Below are positions 54,883 through 62,255 of a DNA stretch of 64,000 nt, piece by piece. Position 1 is the stretch's first letter. Each line of letters opens with the position of its first letter. The notes beneath the pieces are model-generated. The model was given only the letters and a program-made list of their open reading frames with translations, ran no database searches and had not been told where the DNA came from. The position numbers were made by a program, and so were the translations under genes. This DNA comes from Planctomycetota bacterium (GTDB taxonomy: Bacteria; Planctomycetota; Phycisphaerae; UBA1845), in NCBI GenBank assembly GCA_024280855.1, contig JAJRPG010000085.1, forward strand, positions 47,190 through 111,189. Reading direction: 5' to 3'.

Positions 54883-55755
54883 CTACTTGTGCTCGTGGCT
54901 CTTCGCGTCCGTGCTATTGAATAGCGACTCCACATGTTGAAGGTCGATTATCGTTTGCGCTCCGATGCTTTCCAGGTCATTTATGCCCAGCTTGCGACGC
55001 TCTAATACTTTCGTGTCGGCGCGGGCGTATAAACCATCCTCACCAATCCCGATTCCCAGTAGCAGACACACGCAATTGGCAAGATAAACAGCATCTACAA
55101 GTGGATCAGATGGATCTATCGAAGTTGGATCGTGGTGAAAACGAATACACCGAATGATCGCCGGAGGTAACTTCCATTTTTCGGCGATCATGCCCCCCAC
55201 TTCTTCATGAGAGAACCCGAGGACTTGGTGTTCAGCCTCAACGAATGACATACGTTCATCACTGACACGCCGGACAATCTCCGCGAAATCCGTCGCTACA
55301 TATTCGTTGAGTATCACTTTCCCGATGTCATGGAGCAACCCGGCGGTGAACGCGAGACCAGCATCCGGAAGTCGGAGCCGCTGCGCGAAAAGGGATGAAG
55401 CCAGTGCCACCGCAACCGAATGTTTCCACAGCATGCCCGGTTCCAAACCGTAACCTGGTTGTTCAGAATTTAGCATATTGTTTGTGTGAACAGACATCAC
55501 CAACTGCAGTACCTTGGTGGTGCCAAGGAATAGCATGGCATCATTTAGTGATGTAACTTTTCCAGACAAACCAAAAAAGGACGAGTTACAAAGCCTGAGT
55601 ACCTGCCCCGTGACAACTTGATCGTACTTTATCGCATCGACGATGTGGTCTAGCGTACTGCGCGGATCACCCATAACAGCCATGAGTTTTAGCGCTGTAT
55701 CCGGGAGGGGTTCAAGAGCCCCAACACGATCTACAATATCTTTCACACTGTTCAT
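54883..55755 (-). CDS. HDOD domain signalling protein
   Basis: LEPLPDTALKLMAVMGDPRSTLDHIVDAIKYDQVVTGQVLRLCNSSFFG and an HD-like GLLHDIGK. Confidence 0.85.
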   Translation of the reverse strand: MNSVKDIVDRVGALEPLPDTALKLMAVMGDPRSTLDHIVDAIKYDQVVTGQVLRLCNSSFFGLSGKVTSLNDAMLFLGTTKVLQLVMSVHTNNMLNSEQPGYGLEPGMLWKHSVAVALASSLFAQRLRLPDAGLAFTAGLLHDIGKVILNEYVATDFAEIVRRVSDERMSFVEAEHQVLGFSHEEVGGMIAEKWKLPPAIIRCIRFHHDPTSIDPSDPLVDAVYLANCVCLLLGIGIGEDGLYARADTKVLERRKLGINDLESIGAQTIIDLQHVESLFNSTDAKSHEHK

Positions 55756-56228
55756 AGCTCAGTCTCGCGTCCATGGCTCTTGATAGTGAAGCGCCCGGTG
55801 GCCACATCCAATCGCACAGTACGGGCAGTCGATCCGCCAACGTCCTCCGCATCTATCAACACACCATTTTTCCAAAATATCTTCCGAAGCATGATGTAAT
55901 TTCGCTTGCCGATATTGAATGTTCCACTGTCATCCAAGAGTTGTGATCCACCAGCAATTTTCACGATAAGGTTTTTCTTTCCAGCACCCAATTCATATGT
56001 GGCGCGAAATAGGGCCGGGATACCCGTGTCGGCGAACATCGCAGGTCTTGATTTCGCCTTATCCGGAGAAAGAGCTGATTCAGGCAACATATAGTGAAGC
56101 AATCCGCCAACGCGGACGTTCGGATCCCATATGGCTACACCGATACAACTCCCTAACGAGTACGTCACCAGAGTGGCTCGCGGGTCATTGGCAACCTGAA
56201 AATCTGCGATGTCAACTACTTGATCCAT
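55752..56228 (-). CDS. cheD: Chemoreceptor glutamine deamidase
   Basis: SLGSCIGVAIWDP with the catalytic Cys, and a GLLHYMLP motif. ATG 56228 has an AGGAAG RBS; the ORF opens at 56273. Confidence 0.9.
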   Translation of the reverse strand: MDQVVDIADFQVANDPRATLVTYSLGSCIGVAIWDPNVRVGGLLHYMLPESALSPDKAKSRPAMFADTGIPALFRATYELGAGKKNLIVKIAGGSQLLDDSGTFNIGKRNYIMLRKIFWKNGVLIDAEDVGGSTARTVRLDVATGRFTIKSHGRETEL

Positions 56229-57729
56229 CGCTCTTCCTATCCCCTGTTTTAATGGGTTCGGCACTTTCCCCAAGCTTTGTTACGGGCGCATAGTTGCTCG
56301 ACAAAACACTGATGGCCCCAGACAGCTGGTTAACAGCAACAAATTCGGTCACGTTTTTGACTTTGCGTTTCTCAATTCTTACCGGCCCATGCATCTTCTG
56401 TTGGAACGACGTGCTACGGCGTCCGATTCTGATTGAGACTCCTTCATGTATTAATTTCGACACCAGAACATATGGAATTCCTCGAGCGCGAGCCTCCTGA
56501 AGCATAGTCATGCATTCGCGTTCGGCTTCGTCGGCTTCGGTTTCTATTGTATCCGCCTGATATGTAAGCTCCGTCACTTGTTCCTTTTGGTCCGCGGAAA
56601 GGCGTTTTAAGTCTGCGATCATAGGCTGTACAGATCGTCGAATTCGTTCTGCGTCCTCCTTTTGGACCTTTAGGTTTTCACGAATTCGCTCGGCTTTTTC
56701 GATCACATCGGGATGAATACCGACGGCAATTTCGGTCTTAACATTGGCGTCACTTCCAAGTGTACCCGCCATGACTCCGTCTCGCGCATAAATCCGACCG
56801 CCAATAACTATGCCGTGTTCCACCAAGAGTTTTCCGTCGCAATGCACATGACTGTTCATCAATTCGCTACATATCTTCACATCGCCATCAGCAAGAAGGT
56901 CCGCAGCGTCACAAAACCTTGCCACAATATCCCGGCCGGACTTCACTACATTTCTACCCTTTTGAAGGATTCCACCTCGCACCAAAACATCTCCATGACT
57001 TTCGACCGTGGCCATCTCTATCGCACCACCTATCGTGATTGATCGCTTCGATTTGACTTCAAAACCATCGTGAACCGTCCCGTGAATCTGAATATCCACA
57101 GGGGAATCGATGCACCCAGTCTTGAAATCTACGTCGTTGGAAACGGTAAGGACTTCACTAATGGAAATCAGGTTGCCGGAAAATTCGACTTGTCCAGGTT
57201 CATTGGCGAGCAGAGCCGCAGCGTTCTTCTTGCTCCTCAGAATGCTCTTGTCGAGTACAATGTTCGTAGGCTTGCGTAAGGGCGTGAGCGTCTTACCGAA
57301 GACGTCAATACCATCCACGCCCGGAATCGATGCCACAAGGAATCCGATTAGCTCTCCAGCATGGACAAAGTGAATCGAGTTATAATTGTAGTAGCTGACA
57401 GACGCATCGCCTTGCCAGTCCTTCTCTTTCTTAAGGAACGACTCCTGCCGCTGAAATGCTTCGCCCACGCATTCCACGGCTGGTCGTCCCTCGGCAATAA
57501 GAAACCGCTCCGACCTCTCCTCGACCTTGTTCGCTTGAGCCAAAATTTCCGGAATCCTTTGTGTAACAGACTCGCTAATGTCGATCTTGCCTTCTTTGAG
57601 AACGCAAACAATTTCCTTTAAGGTGAACGGCGACGGATCATCGGGGTTCAATAGACAAATCCACGCTTGAAGACAATCACTTGACACCTCAATCGCCACT
57701 CTATGACCAGTTGTTGTAACAGCCATCAT
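56212..57729 (-). CDS. DUF342 / FapA-like protein
   Basis: 505 aa. Central beta-helix repeats (VDIQIHGTVHDGFEVKS..ITIGGAIEMATVESHGDVLVRGGI...) followed by a C-terminal coiled coil. Confidence 0.78.
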   Translation of the reverse strand: MMAVTTTGHRVAIEVSSDCLQAWICLLNPDDPSPFTLKEIVCVLKEGKIDISESVTQRIPEILAQANKVEERSERFLIAEGRPAVECVGEAFQRQESFLKKEKDWQGDASVSYYNYNSIHFVHAGELIGFLVASIPGVDGIDVFGKTLTPLRKPTNIVLDKSILRSKKNAAALLANEPGQVEFSGNLISISEVLTVSNDVDFKTGCIDSPVDIQIHGTVHDGFEVKSKRSITIGGAIEMATVESHGDVLVRGGILQKGRNVVKSGRDIVARFCDAADLLADGDVKICSELMNSHVHCDGKLLVEHGIVIGGRIYARDGVMAGTLGSDANVKTEIAVGIHPDVIEKAERIRENLKVQKEDAERIRRSVQPMIADLKRLSADQKEQVTELTYQADTIETEADEAERECMTMLQEARARGIPYVLVSKLIHEGVSIRIGRRSTSFQQKMHGPVRIEKRKVKNVTEFVAVNQLSGAISVLSSNYAPVTKLGESAEPIKTGDRKSDGSSS

Positions 57730-57747
57730 CGGTACTCGTTTCTATGT

Positions 57748-58404
57748 TTATTGCGGACCGCAGCGCGGGTCTGCGGAATCAACACCCAATTCAATAAAAT
57801 GGGGCGTAGATGCTGAAAACGAACAAGGGCAGTCGCCTGGCCCTTCGCTGAGATCGAAGTCGAGATTAGCCCGTTGCGCTTTTCGAAACGCGCAGTGCTC
57901 GCTGGAATTGGCGCTGGTACATTCACGCACATCAAGTGCCCAACACTCCGCACAAGTGATCCCGAACCCCGCCGAGTCCGCCACCAACTCATACGCCAGT
58001 TTTTCGAGCATTGTCGCAGCGATTTCTTGCTGATCTTTATCGAGCTGCGCGACCGACCGCTCGATACGGTCTCGTTGAGCTAAGATAATGCGCCGCGTCA
58101 CTTCTATTCCCAAGGGTGCCAGTTCGAAAGCTTCCGTGTCTCCGCTACTCGACTCGGATTCGTGTCTGATGAACCTCAAACGAACCATCTCACGTAAGAC
58201 TTCGTCCATCATCACCGTGTTAACACCAACGAAGGCAGCGATGGCTCCAAGAGTCTTAGTTCCGTGCCAGCGGAGGAGCCGCATCACTGCCAGACCGTTG
58301 GTGGGCAATCCTTCACTTTCCGGGATTTCTCGCTCCAGCACGGCATAAGTTGCCTGGGCAAGCTGCAACAGTGACCGCCAGATTTGTGTATTATTATCAT
58401 GCAT
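57748..58404 (-). CDS. MarR-like winged-helix protein with a C-terminal CX2CX7CX8CAF motif (paralog of 7985..8596)
   Basis: wHTH (LAVMRLLRWHGTKTLGAIAAFVGVNTVMMDEVLREMVRLRFIRHE). Motif CAECWALDVRECTSANSSEHCAF at 57886..57954, plus further Cys (CPC, C near the end). Confidence 0.65.
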   Translation of the reverse strand: MHDNNTQIWRSLLQLAQATYAVLEREIPESEGLPTNGLAVMRLLRWHGTKTLGAIAAFVGVNTVMMDEVLREMVRLRFIRHESESSSGDTEAFELAPLGIEVTRRIILAQRDRIERSVAQLDKDQQEIAATMLEKLAYELVADSAGFGITCAECWALDVRECTSANSSEHCAFRKAQRANLDFDLSEGPGDCPCSFSASTPHFIELGVDSADPRCGPQ

Positions 58405-58480
58405 GGATTCACCTTGTTATATATCTACTGCCTTTTTATTTGGCCACGTTGCCCTATCTCGGTCGGTTCTACTGCATGTA

Positions 58481-59005
58481 TTATTGATCAACATCTGCGC
58501 CAATCTCAACCAGCTGTTCCGATGAAATAATTCTATCAATGTCTAGAAGAATTTTAACGCTTCCTTCTACCTTCCCCATGCCAAGAAAATAGCTGGAATC
58601 AACGGAGGCTCCGAGATCGGGAGGGTCTTCTATCTGATTATCATGAATGCTGTATACCTCTTGAACAGTATCAACGATCACACCCATCAGAACTCCGACA
58701 TTGATGACGATGATGCATGTCTTGTCGTTGTATTCCATTAAAGGCAAATTGAATTTAGATCGAAGGTCAATGACGGGGATCACTTTGCCGCGAAGATTAA
58801 CTACGCCTCGTACAAAGCTCGGTGTCTGTGGCACTATTGTAATGTCCAGGATTCCGATGATTTCGCGGACTTTGAGAATATCGAAACCGTATTCTTCCCC
58901 GGCCAATAGAAAGGTCAGGTACTTGGTATCCAATCCCGTTGTTGAATCTGAACAGTGATCGCTTACCGCATTTTGCTTGTTCGAAATTGTCGTAGTAGCT
59001 TCCAT
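58481..59005 (-). CDS. cheW: Chemotaxis coupling protein CheW
   Basis: FLLAGEEYGFDILKVREI, VVNLRGKVIPVIDLR and GVIVDTV motifs. AGGAG RBS. Confidence 0.9.
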   Translation of the reverse strand: MEATTTISNKQNAVSDHCSDSTTGLDTKYLTFLLAGEEYGFDILKVREIIGILDITIVPQTPSFVRGVVNLRGKVIPVIDLRSKFNLPLMEYNDKTCIIVINVGVLMGVIVDTVQEVYSIHDNQIEDPPDLGASVDSSYFLGMGKVEGSVKILLDIDRIISSEQLVEIGADVDQ

Positions 59006-59017
59006 CGTTTCGAACTC

Positions 59018-59992
59018 CTAAGTAAGTTGCATCGCATTTGTATCATGGGCAGCCATCGGGCTTTCGCCACACAAGACAGGATCAATCGGACTACCATCCG
59101 ATGACATGGCTAATGGATTAGATCTTGATCCGCATGCTGAAATCTGGCTATCTCGATAAGCAAGGGAGATTCCGAGAACGTCCAAAATTAGTCCGACTCG
59201 CCCATCGCCAAGGATGGCCGCCCCGGAAATTCCGCGAAGACCTTCGAACCGTTCACCGAGCGACTTAATGACAACTTGCTGCTGTCCGAGCAACTCATCT
59301 ACGACAAGCCCGATCTCTCCACTTGCGTATTGGGCAATCACTACCATCGCATTACATGGATCAACGTACTCGCCGAGCTGGAACAACGGCCCTAATGGAA
59401 CGAGCGGAATCAGACGACCCCGAACATTGAGTACGGCACCAGAGTGCTGCACAGTCGTGATCTGTCCCGGCTTGGGACGCAGCGCCTGCTCAACCGCGAT
59501 GGTTTGGATGATGAAGCGTTCCGAACCAACTCGCAGGAGCATGCCATCAATGATAGCCAGCGTCAGCGGAAGGCGAATCGAAAACGTACTCCCTTTGCCG
59601 AGGGTCGATACGATGTCACATTTCCCTCTCAGGTTCTCTATATTTCGCCGAACTACATCCATGCCTACCCCGCGCCCGGATACGCCAGTCACGACCTCAG
59701 CAGTCGAGAACCCGGGCGCGAATATGAGGTTGTATGCTTGCTCGTCGGAGAGACGCTCACCCGGTTGCACGATGCCCTTCTCAATCGCCTTCTTGATGAG
59801 TGCGTTAGGGTCGAGTCCTTTCCCGTCATCGGTAATTTCAACAACTATGTTACCGCCACTATGAAATGCGGAGAGCGTCACATTTCCCGAATCCGACTTT
59901 CCTGCTGCACGCCGCGCATCGAGTGGCTCGATGCCATGATCCACAGCGTTCCGAACCATATGCACAAGCGGATCGCCGATCTGCTGAATCAC
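59018..59992 (-). CDS. cheA: CheA histidine kinase, C-terminal fragment (P4 HATPase and P5 CheW-like domains)
   Basis: N box HMVRNAVDHGIE, G1 DDGKGLD, G2 GVSGRGVGMD and a CheW-like tail. Separated from the N-terminal fragment by a frameshift at a T5/A5 run (60039..60043). Confidence 0.85.
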   Translation of the reverse strand: MIQQIGDPLVHMVRNAVDHGIEPLDARRAAGKSDSGNVTLSAFHSGGNIVVEITDDGKGLDPNALIKKAIEKGIVQPGERLSDEQAYNLIFAPGFSTAEVVTGVSGRGVGMDVVRRNIENLRGKCDIVSTLGKGSTFSIRLPLTLAIIDGMLLRVGSERFIIQTIAVEQALRPKPGQITTVQHSGAVLNVRGRLIPLVPLGPLFQLGEYVDPCNAMVVIAQYASGEIGLVVDELLGQQQVVIKSLGERFEGLRGISGAAILGDGRVGLILDVLGISLAYRDSQISACGSRSNPLAMSSDGSPIDPVLCGESPMAAHDTNAMQLT

Positions 59993-60033
59993 GTTCTTGT
60001 CGAGCTCGGTATCTTCACCAGTAATCGTAAGCT

Positions 60034-61470
60034 CTACGTTTTTCCAACTTTTCGTGAGACATCACGAACAAGGCGAGCCATCTTTTGAAACGTAGGTCCA
60101 ATGGGAATCATGCGCATCGCCATGGCAGCATCCTGAACGTCTCGGACGATTTTCGTTGCCTGCGCAACATCTTTTGAGAGCTTCGGAGCCATGCTGAGTT
60201 GCGAACTCGCACTAACTTGTGTCTGAGCAATCACAAGCTCGCCGACCATGTCAATCAACGAATCAAGCTTTCTCGTGTCAATGCGTACAGATTGTTCACC
60301 GCCTCCATTTCCTATTTTGGTTGTCGTCTCAGGCTTGGTCTTGCTTTGAGGTCGTAGGGCCTGGCTAATTTGTTTGGCGCTGGCCGCCCCAATTTCGATT
60401 AGCGTCTCACCAACTTTTTTCGGATCGGATTCACGATCCTGCTTGGCCACTGCATAGTCCACCACTTCTTGAGGCACCGCGCCCTGCTCCACCAGGTTTT
60501 CTCCAACCGTCTGTTGCGAGCCTCCGGTATTAGGCACGATACCAACAGGTTCGATCCTACCTGCGACGATGTCACGGAGTTTGGCAATCATGTTTTCAAT
60601 CGGAGGTTGTGGAACTGATTCACTCGTCGGATCACTGAGGTACTCACGAATGCTTGCAAACTGCACCTTTATAATATCCACGACTTCAAAAATCAGATCG
60701 ATTAGCCCCGCCGTCACCTTGCGTGTTCCCTTGCGAGCTTGATCTAGCAAGGTTTCCGCTTCGTGAGTCAAGCTCACGATGTCACGCAGATTCAGGAAAC
60801 CAGCCGCCCCCTTAATTGTATGGAACGGTCGAAAAAGAGAATCGATGGCTTCGGTGTCATCAGGTGCACGTTCAACATCAAGCAGTGCAGCCTCGATGGA
60901 GTCGAGATGCTCACCAGCCTCTTCAGCGAAACCGGCTACCATTTCCGTTTCGTCGTCTCCGATTATCAATGGTTCTGCAACATACCCTGGCTGAGATTCG
61001 TCTTTTCCTGATGCGGGTTCGTCTTTCGCCGCCACAGTGTCAACTTCGGATTCCGGTACAAGCTCCTCCGGACTAGTCTCCTGGTGTCGGTCAGGCTCAT
61101 CATCTTCAAACACTCGGTCCATACTGGCGGCAACAGTTTCGTCGCTCGGAATACCTGGGGCGGTGGGGCAATCCGGCTCTACGGGAAGGCTCGTCATGGT
61201 ATTTGGTAAACTGGATATCGACGCAACGATCTTACGCATGACTGTACTAGGGTCATCAGCCTTTCCGAGAATCAAGGCCTCCAACGAGCTGACCAAGTCC
61301 TTCGCTTCTTGGCACGACAGCGCATCGATACCGGCCACTACTAGTTCCTCGCACAGCTCATGCATTTTAGCCAAGCCAGGAAGATCGTTTTCGTCGATGC
61401 CATCCAACAGCCCGTGAAGGCTTTCGATGCATGCTGTCGTCGAGAAGCTTTTTGGAATTTCTTCGTTCAT
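60034..61470 (-). CDS. cheA: CheA histidine kinase, N-terminal fragment (P1 Hpt, linker, P3 dimerisation)
   Basis: Hpt H-box FRPFHTIKGAAGFLNL and P3 SVRIDTRKLDSLIDMVGELVIAQ. It ends ...RDVSRKVGKT* exactly where CheA proteins continue into P4. Confidence 0.85.
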   Translation of the reverse strand: MNEEIPKSFSTTACIESLHGLLDGIDENDLPGLAKMHELCEELVVAGIDALSCQEAKDLVSSLEALILGKADDPSTVMRKIVASISSLPNTMTSLPVEPDCPTAPGIPSDETVAASMDRVFEDDEPDRHQETSPEELVPESEVDTVAAKDEPASGKDESQPGYVAEPLIIGDDETEMVAGFAEEAGEHLDSIEAALLDVERAPDDTEAIDSLFRPFHTIKGAAGFLNLRDIVSLTHEAETLLDQARKGTRKVTAGLIDLIFEVVDIIKVQFASIREYLSDPTSESVPQPPIENMIAKLRDIVAGRIEPVGIVPNTGGSQQTVGENLVEQGAVPQEVVDYAVAKQDRESDPKKVGETLIEIGAASAKQISQALRPQSKTKPETTTKIGNGGGEQSVRIDTRKLDSLIDMVGELVIAQTQVSASSQLSMAPKLSKDVAQATKIVRDVQDAAMAMRMIPIGPTFQKMARLVRDVSRKVGKT

Positions 61471-61473
61471 AAA

Positions 61474-61947
61474 TTAGGATCCTCCTTGCGTGACATAGAC
61501 AAGCTTTGAATTGGACGCGCTATCCGAAGCGTCCACATTATGGCAAACAGTCCCATCCAATTCAGCCAATGTTTCGCCAAGCAAGGCATCACGCACGCGT
61601 TCATTCAGTCGTTGCAAACCACGATGTGCGTTACACATGCGTTTGGGATTGCGATTACACGTCCTGGGACGCAGATGTTCGTCCTCTTCCGGTGGATTAA
61701 GTGCGTCCAATACCTCAACCACAGGTATCTCATTGAGCGACTTAGTCACGACATAACCGCCGAAACGCCCACGAATCGAATCAACAAGCCCGGCGTTATT
61801 GAGACTCTGCAGCACCTTGGACGCTTGGTCCCGAGGTATACCCAGAGAAGCAGCCACGACCGGCGCTGAGAGTGGCGTGCCATTCTCTTGACGCTTCAAA
61901 AAGCATAGTGCGTATATTCCATGTACGGCGGTCCGAGAGAACAACAT
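61474..61947 (-). CDS. Rrf2-family transcriptional regulator (second copy in the window)
   Basis: MLFSRTAVHGIYALCFL...ASKVLQSLNNAGLVDSIRGRFGGYVV, and a C-terminal Cys/His-rich part (RTCNRNPKRMCNAHRG). AGGAGG RBS before ATG 61947. Confidence 0.85.
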   Translation of the reverse strand: MLFSRTAVHGIYALCFLKRQENGTPLSAPVVAASLGIPRDQASKVLQSLNNAGLVDSIRGRFGGYVVTKSLNEIPVVEVLDALNPPEEDEHLRPRTCNRNPKRMCNAHRGLQRLNERVRDALLGETLAELDGTVCHNVDASDSASNSKLVYVTQGGS

Positions 61948-62255
61948 TTTAACTCCTCCTTGATACCAAATCACGCCAATTATTCCTTTGCTAATACTGG
62001 CATCGTCTCTTGCCGACACTTGTATTAGTTAATCCGGAATTAAGAACTCCGGTTTCAGGGTTGATAACAGGGAACGTTAATCGGACGCTGTTTATCGAGG
62101 GCGACGTAACGTGGAAGACGCCAATCATCAGTCTTTCGAAATGCCGCCGCTGTGTCATTCCCGCCAGAAGTTCTGCTCGAATCTTCAGGTGGATTAATGT
62201 GGAAGAACGTGCCAAACCAAGGCACACACGAACAAAACCAGAAAGGAACTGCAAC

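Noticed and set aside
59214-60088. 214-216-aa plus-strand ORFs across the cheA locus
   Set aside because: They lie opposite clear CheA HATPase/P5 coding sequence. Their Pro/Ser/Arg-rich composition is typical of the shadow frames of a real gene.
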